Of a stretch of DNA of 54,201 bases, positions 29,239 through 39,235 are shown one piece after another. Position 1 is the first letter of the stretch. The number at the start of each line of letters is the position of its first letter. Origin of the DNA: Candidatus Thorarchaeota archaeon (GTDB lineage: Archaea; Asgardarchaeota; Thorarchaeia; Thorarchaeales; Thorarchaeaceae). Where the stretch lies: NCBI GenBank assembly GCA_029855935.1, contig JAGSHN010000011.1:1-54201 (forward strand), written 5' to 3'. The notes under the pieces are model-generated. The model did no database searches and was not told the DNA's origin. It saw only the letters and a list, made by a program, of their open reading frames with translations. The translations under genes were made by a program, and so were the position numbers.

Positions 29239-30448
29239 AGGCCACCTCTCCATTCAGCACTAGCGAGAATACGTCTCTCTCATTCAGCTTTTGGGACAAG
29301 TACTCCCAAGGGCTTTCCGTAGCTACATCAAGAACCAATATGTCGGCATATGCACCAGTAGTTAGTTGACCGCCTCCAAATAGTCTCATAGCAACTGTTG
29401 CTGATGACAATAGAACTCTAGGAATTATGACTTGTTGTGGAATGTCTGTGAAGTGGGAAAGCGTATGCAGTTCTTCTATGTATGTTTTGCTTCTAGTAAC
29501 AGCAAAACCGTCCAGGCCAACCGTCACGAGAAGGCCGTTCTTAAGATACTCACTAATTGGTGCCAAGTCACCAGCCAGCTGCATATTCGCTGTAGGAGAT
29601 ATTGTGATAACCGGCTTCCGTTCATAGAGTGTTTCTTTTTCACTAGGTGTGGCGTAAATGACATGTGACAAAATAGTGTGGCTATGTAAGAGACCAACTC
29701 TGTCAAGAAGGTTGATCGGAGTCAAGCCGTGAATTTCTTTGTTCAACTCCAATTCGCCAAGGCTTTCGTTCACATGAAATTGAGTGATAATGTCATCATC
29801 CAGCATGTCTTTTAGAGTTGCTAGCGCTTTGGGGGTCAGTGCAGGCAAGAACCTAGGAGCTATAGAAAACTTTAGCCTAGACCCCTTCCCGTACACTTGT
29901 CTATATTTGTTGATGATGGTCATTGCTTTTGCCGGATGTTCTATGATACAGCTAGGCAAAACTCTATTGTTATCCCCACAATAGCGTCCTATGGCTGCTT
30001 TCATTCCAGAGGAACAACAAGCCCTGACAACCTCATCATATACAAGGTTGGACTCCTGTAGGATTAGGTAGCCAACACCCGAACGGAGAAACTCGTTACA
30101 TTCTCTAGTAGCGTTCTGATACACGTCTTGCTTTGAGAGGGCACACTCTTCTCTAAATAATACATCGCTTAGCCATGCTAGAAGCCTCATACTAGGCTTT
30201 GGTGAGCTCACTAGTCTTTGATATGTGTGATGATGAGCATTTAGAAAAGGAGGTGTGACAAGTTTCCCCTCGATGCCAATTGTTCTGTCGCAGATGCGTT
30301 CTATCTCTCTAGAACGGCCGACTCGGACAATCTTGCCATCATAGATGGCGACCCCTCCGTCTTTGATTACGTGCGGCCCTTGATCCATCGGTACTATAGT
30401 GGCATTAGTTATGCCCACACTCCCTCTTTTCCTCATCTTTCCCGTCAT
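29219..30448 (-). CDS. Amidohydrolase, nucleobase/nucleoside deaminase-like (divergent)
   Basis: PPFLNAHHH, QFHVNE, LSHVI, VGLDG and GAYADILV. Confidence 0.85.
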   Translation of the reverse strand: MTGKMRKRGSVGITNATIVPMDQGPHVIKDGGVAIYDGKIVRVGRSREIERICDRTIGIEGKLVTPPFLNAHHHTYQRLVSSPKPSMRLLAWLSDVLFREECALSKQDVYQNATRECNEFLRSGVGYLILQESNLVYDEVVRACCSSGMKAAIGRYCGDNNRVLPSCIIEHPAKAMTIINKYRQVYGKGSRLKFSIAPRFLPALTPKALATLKDMLDDDIITQFHVNESLGELELNKEIHGLTPINLLDRVGLLHSHTILSHVIYATPSEKETLYERKPVITISPTANMQLAGDLAPISEYLKNGLLVTVGLDGFAVTRSKTYIEELHTLSHFTDIPQQVIIPRVLLSSATVAMRLFGGGQLTTGAYADILVLDVATESPWEYLSQKLNERDVFSLVLNGEVAYGEPIL

Positions 30449-30464
30449 AGTCCGTTGTCCCTGA

Positions 30465-31034
30465 CTACACCCAACGTTCCGGACATATGTGAAGTTTGCC
30501 GTAAGCAAATCTGGGCGTAGTCATTGCGAGTCTGCCGCCAGTCTTCAAGAATGTGGTTGCATAGACGACAAATGGCGCCCACGAGGAGCTGAGACCGTTG
30601 AGCGTCACGGCGCACTCTCGTACCCCTTGAGAGCTCTCTCTCGATTCTCGCCCTTGAATCGGTGATACTTGACAAAAGGAGGATTCCCTACGACGGCATC
30701 AACTAATGGGATATCAGGTTCCGCAAGAGAGGCCGTGTTGCCCTCTCCAGTAGTCTCGAAGAAATCGGCATTCAGCAGGTTTGACAGTGGAATGCTAGTC
30801 CTCTCAACGACCATCTCGTAGACTGTGCTGTCTATTTCGATCCCATAGATCTATTTCGGACCTCCCAAGTTCGCGTAGCCGGTCCAGAGCAGCATCGAGA
30901 AAGACTCCGTCGCCAAACGCCGGGTCGAGAACTGTGTCCGACTCTCTTCGAATCGCCCATCGGACAAGAAACCTCGCCACGGAGCGGTCAGTGTAGAGTG
31001 CACCCAGTTTCTTCCTATACTCTATGATGGTCAT
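30465..31034 (-). pseudogene. Decayed N6-adenine DNA methyltransferase (restriction-modification type), frameshifted and truncated
   Basis: Three frames carry consecutive motifs: GALYT...VLDPAFGDGVFL, then (after an in-frame TAG) IYGIEID...ADFF...VVGNPPFVKY, then SSSWAPFVVYATTFLKTGGRLAM. The reading ends where the low-GC island begins. Confidence 0.85.
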
Positions 31035-31489
31035 GCAGCTTTTCACGCCACCGGCAGTTGCGGATTGGGGGCAACCGAACCGGGACACAGTACATTGTTG
31101 CGGCCAGTGGAACCGAAGCCACCCATCCTAGGGGTGTGGACCCGATGCCCATTCTCCCGGAGGGCATATATGCGGCTCACGGTTTGTTTCTTGTTTCCAT
31201 ACATATGAACCCACCAACGGGCCCTAGGGCAACCAGTCTGAGCACTGCTCCTCTCGATGTTCTCTCAAGGTCTATTGACCAGTCCTCTCCTTGGCCGTTG
31301 TCGGGCCGTAATTCGCTCAGTCGCTCTCTTCAGGCCAGTCTCGGTCGTATGGTGTTTCCAACAGTGTCTGGGGGTTCTTGGTGCCACCCGACCCTCTGAC
31401 CGGAGAGGAGAGGGGTTGCAGTCTGGAATCGAACAGTTAATAATACTCGCTGGCCAAAGCGGCGGCATTCACTGCGGGAGCTGTGTCAT

Positions 31490-33208
31490 ATGAATACCAC
31501 GAAGGCGAATGGCTCAGATGTTGTCGTCGACGAGGATGATAAGTTACGTCGAATTCGTGATGCGAAGGAGCGCTGGGAGGTCGAGGTGCTACAGCCTCAC
31601 CTTGAGCGTCATCCTGAGCGGCGTGAAGAGTTCGTGACAACCTCGAGCCGTCCGGTGCGACGCCTCTACACCCCGCTGGACATACCGAACTTCGACTATC
31701 TCCGCGACCTGGGTTTCCCGAGCCAGTATCCGTTCACTCGTGGTGTACAGCCGACGATGTATCGAGGGCGCATCTGGACGATGAGGCAATTCGCCGGGAT
31801 GGGCACAGCCGAGGAGTCGAATGCGCGATACAAGTTCCTCTTGGCCAATGGTCAGACTGGTCTCAGCGTTGCATTCCACCTCCCGACACTATTCGGTCGC
31901 GACTCGGACCATCCCTTCTCCTACGGCGAGGTGGGCAAGCTTGGAGTCGCCGTCGACACACTAAAGGACATGGAGATTCTCTTCTCTGGCATTCCTCTGG
32001 ACAAGGTAACCACATCAATGACGATCAACGCGCCCGCGTCAATTCTGCTGGCGATGTATATGGTGGCTGCTGCAAAGCAGGGTGTCCCTGCCGACAAGAT
32101 TGGCGGCACAATCCAGAACGACATCCTCAAGGAGTACATGGCGCAGAAGAGCTGGATCTATCCACCGGAGCCGTCTCTCAGGATAATCACAGACATCATC
32201 GAGTACGCCACGGAACACATACCACGCTGGAACACGATCTCGATATCCGGCTATCACATCCGCGAGGCCGGGTCGACAGCGGTACAGGAGCTGGCCTTTA
32301 CTCTGCTCAATGGGCTGACCTACGTTGAGTGGGCAGTCAGGCGTGGTCTGGATGTGGACGCTTTTGCGCCCCGGCTGTCGTTCTTCTTCAATGCGCACAA
32401 CGACCTCTTCGAAGAGGTCGCCAAGTATCGTGCTGCCCGCCGCATATGGGCGCGCGAGATGAAGGAGCGTTTCGGTGCAAAGAAGCCCCGCTCTCTCTGG
32501 ATGCGTTTCCACACACAGACGGCAGGCTGCTCGCTGACTGCACAGCAACCGATGGTCAACATCGTCAGGACGGCCTATCAGGCCCTTGCCGCGGTCCTTG
32601 GAGGAACACAGTCACTCCACACAAACAGTATGGACGAGGCCCTCTGTCTACCCACCGAGGACGCGGTGAGGATTGCGCTGCGGACTCAGCAGGTACTCGC
32701 CCACGAAACTGGTGTCGCGAACACAATCGACCCGCTGGCCGGATCTTACTACGTTGAGGCGCTCACCAATGAGATGGAGGAGGAGGCCTACAAGTACTTC
32801 GACAAGGTCGAGTCGCTCGGCGGTGTCCTCGCGGCCATAGAGAAGGGCTTCTTCCAGCGCGAGATTGCCAACTCTGCCTACCGCTATCAGAAGGAGATTG
32901 AGGAAAAGCGTCGCATCATCGTGGGTGTCAACGAGTACGTCCTTGAGGGCGAGGAGATCAAGATACCCGTTCTCAAGATTGATCCCGAGGTCGAGAAGAA
33001 GCAGATTGAGCGTCTGAACAAGGTCCGCCGTGAGCGTGACAACAAGAAGGTCCAGGAGGCCCTAGATGCGCTGAGAAAGGCGTCTGAGGGCGAGGAGAAC
33101 GTGATGCCGTACGTCGTCGAGTGCGTCAAGGCCTACGCTACAATTGGCGAGATCTGCGATGTGTGGCGTGATGTCTTCGGTGAGTGGGAGGAGCCAAAGA
33201 TATTCTAA
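31490..33208 (+). CDS. B12-dependent acyl-CoA mutase large subunit, isobutyryl-CoA-mutase-type signature
   Basis: [34 protein letters not shown] and SLHTNS; no B12-binding domain. Confidence 0.93.
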   Translation: MNTTKANGSDVVVDEDDKLRRIRDAKERWEVEVLQPHLERHPERREEFVTTSSRPVRRLYTPLDIPNFDYLRDLGFPSQYPFTRGVQPTMYRGRIWTMRQFAGMGTAEESNARYKFLLANGQTGLSVAFHLPTLFGRDSDHPFSYGEVGKLGVAVDTLKDMEILFSGIPLDKVTTSMTINAPASILLAMYMVAAAKQGVPADKIGGTIQNDILKEYMAQKSWIYPPEPSLRIITDIIEYATEHIPRWNTISISGYHIREAGSTAVQELAFTLLNGLTYVEWAVRRGLDVDAFAPRLSFFFNAHNDLFEEVAKYRAARRIWAREMKERFGAKKPRSLWMRFHTQTAGCSLTAQQPMVNIVRTAYQALAAVLGGTQSLHTNSMDEALCLPTEDAVRIALRTQQVLAHETGVANTIDPLAGSYYVEALTNEMEEEAYKYFDKVESLGGVLAAIEKGFFQREIANSAYRYQKEIEEKRRIIVGVNEYVLEGEEIKIPVLKIDPEVEKKQIERLNKVRRERDNKKVQEALDALRKASEGEENVMPYVVECVKAYATIGEICDVWRDVFGEWEEPKIF

Positions 33209-33263
33209 ACAGCAACTCCTCCGCCGGCTCAATGAAGCAGCCTCGTGAGAGGATGAGGCGGGG

Positions 33264-33274
33264 AAAAAGAGAGG
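33264..33274 (-). terminator. Putative pyrimidine/T-tract terminator (CCTCTCTTTTT on minus strand) between convergent genes
   Basis: The same 11-mer occurs at 44541-44551 after another gene end; an adjacent GCCTC/GAGGC stem is present. Confidence 0.45.
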
Positions 33275-33342
33275 GGAGAGATGCCAGACGAGGAGGAGGG
33301 GAGGCGCCGCCAGACATCCAGCCGCGCCTCAGGTTCCTCTTC

Positions 33343-34713
33343 TCATCTGCGTCTCCGGATGAGGACTATGGCTATGATGACAACGAGGGCAATGCCACCG
33401 ATGACGACTATCCGAGAGTTGACCCCACCAGTCGACGAGGTCTCGCCCCCTGCTGCGAGGTTGGTGTATGCCACGTACACAGGGTCTTGCTGAACCCTGT
33501 AGCCGTTCCACTCGGGGAACGTCACTCCGTACCACCATCTACTGCCGTGAAACTCGGCAGTAGAGTTGGCAATCAGCTCTGCAACGTTGCTGTATCGTGC
33601 GCGGACATTCTCTGACAGGCCGTAGGCCATGTGAGCGAAGAGGAAGGCTGAGAGGGGCGCCTGCCACATCACAAGAGCAAAGTCCGTGCCACGGGCCGCA
33701 AGGAGCACGTTTATCGCAGTCTCGTTGTCGGAGATGGTCTGCCACGGATTGGTCGACTCGTTGATCAGCTGATAGTTTCGTCCGAGGCCGATGTCGAACG
33801 CCCTCTCGTTGTCCCGTCCGACACGGATGCTGACGTTGTCATCCAGAGGCGTTGTTGCCGTTGGCGGCTCAATGGTGTGACCCGTCTGCGCTCCGGTGAC
33901 CTCGTACCTCGATGTGAACACAGCGAGGTAGTGCACCGCAGAGATCTCCATGTTCTCGCTGATTATCTCACGCGGGTCGATATCCACACCCAGAAGCCTT
34001 GCCTTGATGACCTGACCAATCGTGTACAGCGTCTCAGCGTGGACACCTCCACTCTCATCGATGGTGATGTCGTACTGAATCACGATCTCGCTGATCATCA
34101 CGGTCAGTATTGGGAATACAAGCGAGAGGAGGAATCCGCCGGGCGACTTCGAGTCCACTATCCTCGCTGGCATGTTCCTGTAGCGCATTCCAAACCTGTA
34201 GTGGTTCTCGCCGAGCTTCTGGGCGGGGATGGGCTCCACGGATGGCGTGTACTCCGGCCAGGGGTTGTTGTTGGAGACCGGCACGACGTACCATGCTGGT
34301 TCGTTGCCTACGTCGGGGAGGTCGTTGTTCCCGTAGGTCTCATTGTGGACAAGCAGGAACGCGAATATGGCACCGATGAAGACCTCATGGTTCTCAGGTG
34401 TCATGAAGTGCATACCGAACAGCTGGTAGGGCAGGATTATCGTCTTGCCATCCGTTGTGTTGATCATGTTGAATGCCAGCAGGAACGCCTGGAAGTCGTC
34501 CACATGGACGTACGACGCCGTGAAGCTGGCATTTCCGTGCTCTGTCTCGACGAGGATCGAACTGTTGGTCCAGTACTCCTCGTCGAACGTATGCCCGAAG
34601 ACTGCGGCCTCGTCGCCGGGCTCGTAGGCGGCGGTGAGCGGAGCCACCGTCACCGGTATGAGCATAACGAGAATGGACAGCAGCGCTAGAATCTTGACTC
34701 TGGAGCTGGTCAT
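33343..34713 (-). CDS. Secreted/surface glycoprotein with C-terminal TM anchor
   Basis: Signal peptide, several N-x-S/T sequons and a C-terminal hydrophobic helix followed by RRRR. Confidence 0.8.
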   Translation of the reverse strand: MTSSRVKILALLSILVMLIPVTVAPLTAAYEPGDEAAVFGHTFDEEYWTNSSILVETEHGNASFTASYVHVDDFQAFLLAFNMINTTDGKTIILPYQLFGMHFMTPENHEVFIGAIFAFLLVHNETYGNNDLPDVGNEPAWYVVPVSNNNPWPEYTPSVEPIPAQKLGENHYRFGMRYRNMPARIVDSKSPGGFLLSLVFPILTVMISEIVIQYDITIDESGGVHAETLYTIGQVIKARLLGVDIDPREIISENMEISAVHYLAVFTSRYEVTGAQTGHTIEPPTATTPLDDNVSIRVGRDNERAFDIGLGRNYQLINESTNPWQTISDNETAINVLLAARGTDFALVMWQAPLSAFLFAHMAYGLSENVRARYSNVAELIANSTAEFHGSRWWYGVTFPEWNGYRVQQDPVYVAYTNLAAGGETSSTGGVNSRIVVIGGIALVVIIAIVLIRRRR

Positions 34714-34752
34714 TGGCGTATCACCGTCTCAGAGTATTGACGTGACGTAATA

Positions 34753-35397
34753 TCAATGGGCTGTATGATTCGTCAATTGGACATTTGCCCCTTGATGGGA
34801 CGCGACGCACTCATGGAGGATAGTGGCCAACAGCCTCCGACACTGCTCAGCGTCCTTTGCACTCACCCCTATCGTCCTATCGACACCAAGCCAGCGTGCC
34901 ACCTCCTCTGGCGGTGCAGCGTCCTCACGGTCCTGCTTGTTGGCAAGAACCACTATGTCAACGCCACCAAAACTTGTCCGCGCCTCGTCGAGATGTGCGA
35001 GGGCATCCTTGATGTTATCGCGGTCGGAGGAGTCGACAACGAGGAGGACCACGTTCGTCCCAGACCGCATAGTGTCCCTGACGAACTTGAAGTGTAGCAT
35101 GCCGGGGACTCCCCTGACCTCGACCTTCTTGGTCAGCCCGTCGTCCGTTTCCAGTGTCGTGTCACTCTCTGACACGGGGACTATCACGCCGATGTCGTCC
35201 CTGTGTTTCCTGATCCACAGGACGCGACCGAGGTCGAAGCCCGTGGTGGTTGTGCTGCTCTCTCCTCTGTATGGTCGGGGCAGCGGTCGGTCGATCGATA
35301 CTGCTCTCGGGTCGAGCGCATGAACCAGTGTGGTCTTTCCTGACTGGAAAGGCCCGGTCACAAACACCTTGAGGTCGTAGGGGATGAGCGACTTCAT
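34753..35397 (-). CDS. Small GTPase, MglA/COG2229-like
   Basis: G1 GPFQSGKTT, TTTGFDLG, GVPG, G4 NKQD and G5 SAK. Confidence 0.85.
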   Translation of the reverse strand: MKSLIPYDLKVFVTGPFQSGKTTLVHALDPRAVSIDRPLPRPYRGESSTTTTGFDLGRVLWIRKHRDDIGVIVPVSESDTTLETDDGLTKKVEVRGVPGMLHFKFVRDTMRSGTNVVLLVVDSSDRDNIKDALAHLDEARTSFGGVDIVVLANKQDREDAAPPEEVARWLGVDRTIGVSAKDAEQCRRLLATILHECVASHQGANVQLTNHTAH

Positions 35398-35712
35398 TGT
35401 AGGTCCAGTTCCTTGCGGGGATTATGTCGCACGATATTGTTCAATAGGAACGAGGGCTTGCCCACGTGCTGCATGACCGACTTAAAACCATGCTCATAGT
35501 GTACCTCGGGCCGGCTGACATCATCTGAGGTGCTCTCTACCGGCTGGCAATGCGGTGTCTTGCGCACCATGTCCTACTCATCCTACGTCTTACCGTCTGT
35601 GTGATACCATCTGCTGCGAGGGACACACAGCGCTGAACGCCTCCGGGTGTCCCAAAAACGCTTTATCTTGGTTTCCGCATGGCATGACCCCCATATTTCC
35701 GAACGCGTGGTG

Positions 35713-37227
35713 ATGGAAGTGGCATCTGATCTCGGTGAAACATCAATAGAGGCTGAGATCGCCCGTGAAACTTGGATTACCCGCCTCGGCTTTATTTTTG
35801 CCGTGTGGGGCTCCATGACCGGGCTGGGGAACGTATGGAACTGGCCCTCCAAGGTTTCCCTTCTGGGTGGTGGACCCTTTGTTCTGATCTACCTGATAAT
35901 GCTCGCACTTGTGGGCATTCCGGTTGTTCTGACAGAGTTCGTACTAGGGTCTACATTCAGGCGTGGCTTTCCAAGCGCCCTGAAACGAATTCACCCAGCA
36001 GGCGAGTTCCTGGGCTGGTTCTGCATGGCAAACAGTGCAGTCCTTGAGGCATTCTACGTTGTTCTCATCGGCTATGCAGCTGTCTACGCTGGATTCGCGT
36101 TGACTGGCCTGCAGCTGGGAGGTCCGATGGGTGCGGCGTACTTCACCGACCAGCCGGAATTCTTTGTCAATCTGCTGATGTCTCCACTGACGCTCGTTGG
36201 CCTGATTGTCGTCTGGATTGTCGTGTTTGCAATAGACTACTTTGGAACGAAGGGTATCGAACGTTCAGTGATGATATTCTTCCCGCTCCTCTGGATCATT
36301 GTCATCGGCATGGCAATCTTCGGACTGACCCAGCCGGGTGCAGCAGCGGGCATCAACTTCTACCTCAACCCACAGCCCAACCAGTTCTTTGAAACCAAGA
36401 TGTGGTCGACAGCGGTCTCTCTCAGCTTCTTCAAACTCAGCGCAGGGATGGGAATCCTGACTGCATATGCGAGCTATCTGCCACGGAAGGGCGAGCTGAC
36501 CAACAGCGCAGTCACGACGAGTCTTCTCGATACGACATTCGCATTCACTGCCGGTCTGGCAGTGTTCCCCATAGCGGCCACAGTTGGTGTCCTCGGGGAT
36601 GAAACCGTCGGAAGTGTCGGCTTTGCATTCGTCGCGTGGCCCGGAGGAATGACTATGTCAGGAGGGAATCTGCTAGGATTCGTCTTCTTCCTAATGATTG
36701 TCTTCCTCGGAGTCACCAGTGCCGTGTCACTACTTGAGGCCGTCGTAACTGCTGTGATGGACAAGTTTGGGTGGCCGCGGTCTCGCACCGTGATTGTGAT
36801 GACCATTGTCATGTTCCTGATGGGTGTCCCATTCACTCTCTGGATGGCAGCTCCCGGCGCGGCAGCCACGGACGTGACGTGGGGCCTCTATCTCCTGGAC
36901 ATCTTTGACTACTACGTCGAGAATTTCGGCCTAGTCCTTGTGACGCTCTTCATGATGCTGATCACGGGCTGGGTCTGGGGCGGCGCGAAGATAATCGAGA
37001 CCGCCAATGAGGCTGGCGACTTTGAGTTGCCCTCGTGGTACGTGTGGGTGATTAAGGTCATCGCGCCAATTGGCATAATTGCCGCCTTCGCGTTCATAGT
37101 CTTGTCCATATTCCTAGAGGGCCTCTACTTGGCAGGGACCGTACTTGATCTCATAGCCCCGCTCGTCTGGGTAGTGATATGCGCGGGCGCAGCGATAGCT
37201 CTCACAATGGCCAAGGGGGTTGAGTAG
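35713..37227 (+). CDS. NSS (SNF) family sodium-dependent amino acid transporter
   Basis: RETWITRLGFI, GLGNVW, GGGPF, FFKLSAGMG and TSAVSLLE. Confidence 0.92.
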   Translation: MEVASDLGETSIEAEIARETWITRLGFIFAVWGSMTGLGNVWNWPSKVSLLGGGPFVLIYLIMLALVGIPVVLTEFVLGSTFRRGFPSALKRIHPAGEFLGWFCMANSAVLEAFYVVLIGYAAVYAGFALTGLQLGGPMGAAYFTDQPEFFVNLLMSPLTLVGLIVVWIVVFAIDYFGTKGIERSVMIFFPLLWIIVIGMAIFGLTQPGAAAGINFYLNPQPNQFFETKMWSTAVSLSFFKLSAGMGILTAYASYLPRKGELTNSAVTTSLLDTTFAFTAGLAVFPIAATVGVLGDETVGSVGFAFVAWPGGMTMSGGNLLGFVFFLMIVFLGVTSAVSLLEAVVTAVMDKFGWPRSRTVIVMTIVMFLMGVPFTLWMAAPGAAATDVTWGLYLLDIFDYYVENFGLVLVTLFMMLITGWVWGGAKIIETANEAGDFELPSWYVWVIKVIAPIGIIAAFAFIVLSIFLEGLYLAGTVLDLIAPLVWVVICAGAAIALTMAKGVE

Positions 37228-37452
37228 ATGGGTCTTATGGACATAGTCTTCGGCCCGTACGAACGATTCGGTGAGCGTGGTGGAATCGTCATCCTCGTGG
37301 TGGTGGCAATCGTCGGGGCAATCATCGCTGGCGGACTGACAGTCATAGGCGTCCAACTGCTGGCGGCGGTCTCCTTCGTCATCGCGTTCACCTTCACGTA
37401 CGGGGTGCTGTTCCTGTTTCTCTATCTGATGTGGTACCGTCGCCCCAGGTGA
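37228..37452 (+). CDS. Small two-TM membrane protein, possible NSS transporter accessory subunit
   Basis: ATG immediately follows the transporter stop; 74 aa, hydrophobic, basic tail. Confidence 0.65.
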   Translation: MGLMDIVFGPYERFGERGGIVILVVVAIVGAIIAGGLTVIGVQLLAAVSFVIAFTFTYGVLFLFLYLMWYRRPR

Positions 37453-37470
37453 CGGCGCCCCATCCCACCC

Positions 37471-37482
37471 CCTTTTTTATTT
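37471..37482 (+). terminator. Archaeal oligo-T terminator
   Basis: CCTTTTTTATTT about 20 nt after the stop codon. Confidence 0.6.
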
Positions 37483-37520
37483 CACTCAATCTGTCGAAGT
37501 CACCTGAGGTTGAAACATAG

Positions 37521-37931
37521 ATGATCGAACCCGCCCATTCGCTGATAGCCCGAGTGCGACGTCGCAGGCGCATCTACCAGCTGCTTGAGGTCGTGATAGT
37601 CGCCGGATTGCTTCTGTCCGGTCTGCTGGGGTACCTTATGTTTCAGGGGTCAGAGCAGGCCCTCATAGGAATCGAGTCGAGCATCACGCTGTCGATAGCG
37701 GCAGTGTGTATCTTCGTTGTACCGCTGCGCGACCTTCGTCGCATAGAGGCTGTGATAGATCTCGCCTCGCAGCACGGAGGTACCCTCACAACCGAGGACG
37801 TACAGCAATCCCTGCACGTCCCCGAGGAGAAGGCCTTGACACTTCTGAGGTGGCTGGTCAAACGTGGTATGGCCGAACGAAAGGCAACGACGGGCAGGTG
37901 GGTCTTTCCGGAGCTGCGGAAACGTCACTGA
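37521..37931 (+). CDS. Membrane protein with C-terminal winged-helix-like domain
   Basis: Two TMs, then GGTLTTEDVQQSL...ALTLLRWLVKRG...GRWVFP. Confidence 0.7.
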   Translation: MIEPAHSLIARVRRRRRIYQLLEVVIVAGLLLSGLLGYLMFQGSEQALIGIESSITLSIAAVCIFVVPLRDLRRIEAVIDLASQHGGTLTTEDVQQSLHVPEEKALTLLRWLVKRGMAERKATTGRWVFPELRKRH

Positions 37932-38019
37932 CACTGCTAGAGAATCATCTGGCTGCTCCTTCTGATGACCGAATGCAGCTAGGACCTCTGACTGGTGCCT
38001 GTGCCTGAAGAGGTGAATC

Positions 38020-39129
38020 TCACGCCTGAATGGCCGAGATTGCATCATCGAGCTCTATTACCTTGTTGTACTTCTTGAAGGGCTTCTTTCTTCCCTTCCT
38101 GTCCAGCCACTCGGCCTCTATGTCGACCAGCCGGACCGTGCCGCTCTGTGCCACACGCACTCTCGACCAGTTCCAGAGCTCGAGTGTTCCTTTATTCAGC
38201 GTCATTGAAACCTCGGTCTTTGCCGTGTCGTACGCCACGAGCACCTTTGTCCTTGAGCCGAAGCTGAGGTCCTCGAGCACCTCTCCCGCCTCCTCGTTGC
38301 TGTTCTTCGGTCTTGCACGGATGTGAAGACCAAAGGCCTCGTGGATGTGCCCAACGACGATCATGAAGGGCCACTCGCTGTCAGCAAAGCGTCTCAGGGC
38401 TGCACTACCCTTCTGCGCCCCCCACATATGCTGTGGCACCCCGAACTTTCCCAGCCGGTCCCGCATTCCGAATGGCGGAGCGTGCGTGACCACAATGAGA
38501 TCCTGAGAGTCCACATTCCTCCCCGACAATGGAGTCCTGAGTGCCCACTCAATGTCCTCCTCGGTCCGCTCCCCGGGAAACGTGTAGTTGATTGGGTTGG
38601 AGCCCTCCACCCCGACGAAAGTGAAGCCTTTCTCTTGGATGACCTTGCCGGGCCATGTTGTCCTCCCAGTGTAGATCTCCATGAACTGGCTATCAGAGTG
38701 GACCTTGATCTCATGCGGTGCCTTGCTTCTATCTGCACCAAGGTCGACAATCTCAGGATTGCCCATCTCCTCTATTGCCTCACCTGCGGTGCCGGGAAGC
38801 TCATAGTTGCCTGCCACACACAGTGATCTTGCGGAGCAGCTCTCGAACTGCGCGAACAGTTCCTTCAACCTTCCCATTGACTCGCTCCTCACGGCCTGCG
38901 GCTCCAGCTTTGTCCTCAGATAGGCTGGCTCCGCGAGATAGTCGCCATCGAACAGGAGGAAGTCAAGGTCACACGAGTCGATATTCTTGAACAGCAGTCT
39001 CACCTTGCCGAATTCCTCGTGAGGGTCCCCGCTGCCAGCGAACTCAATGGTCTTGTTGGACACAACAAGTTGCTCAAGCATCTCAACGTCGTACTTCTTT
39101 CCCTTCCTCTTGCTTCTCAGTAAGCCCAT
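38020..39129 (-). CDS. Metallophosphoesterase (calcineurin-like)
   Basis: GDPH, DGDY, AGNYE, THAPP and GHIHE. Confidence 0.85.
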   Translation of the reverse strand: MGLLRSKRKGKKYDVEMLEQLVVSNKTIEFAGSGDPHEEFGKVRLLFKNIDSCDLDFLLFDGDYLAEPAYLRTKLEPQAVRSESMGRLKELFAQFESCSARSLCVAGNYELPGTAGEAIEEMGNPEIVDLGADRSKAPHEIKVHSDSQFMEIYTGRTTWPGKVIQEKGFTFVGVEGSNPINYTFPGERTEEDIEWALRTPLSGRNVDSQDLIVVTHAPPFGMRDRLGKFGVPQHMWGAQKGSAALRRFADSEWPFMIVVGHIHEAFGLHIRARPKNSNEEAGEVLEDLSFGSRTKVLVAYDTAKTEVSMTLNKGTLELWNWSRVRVAQSGTVRLVDIEAEWLDRKGRKKPFKKYNKVIELDDAISAIQA

Positions 39130-39235
39130 AGCATATCGCCATCTCATATGTCTATCTGCCAGTCATCCAAATGACACAGGATTTATTTATGCATCGGACA
39201 ACCTGAAAATAGTTTCTGGTGCGACAGTGAGTACT

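Larger units (their letters stand above)
26330..30500. mobile_element. Low-GC horizontally acquired island (five-gene operon); no integrase or att site seen
   Basis: Abrupt, visually obvious drop in GC, A/T-rich codon usage and frequent CTAG compared with the flanks; genes tightly spaced or overlapping. Confidence 0.75.
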
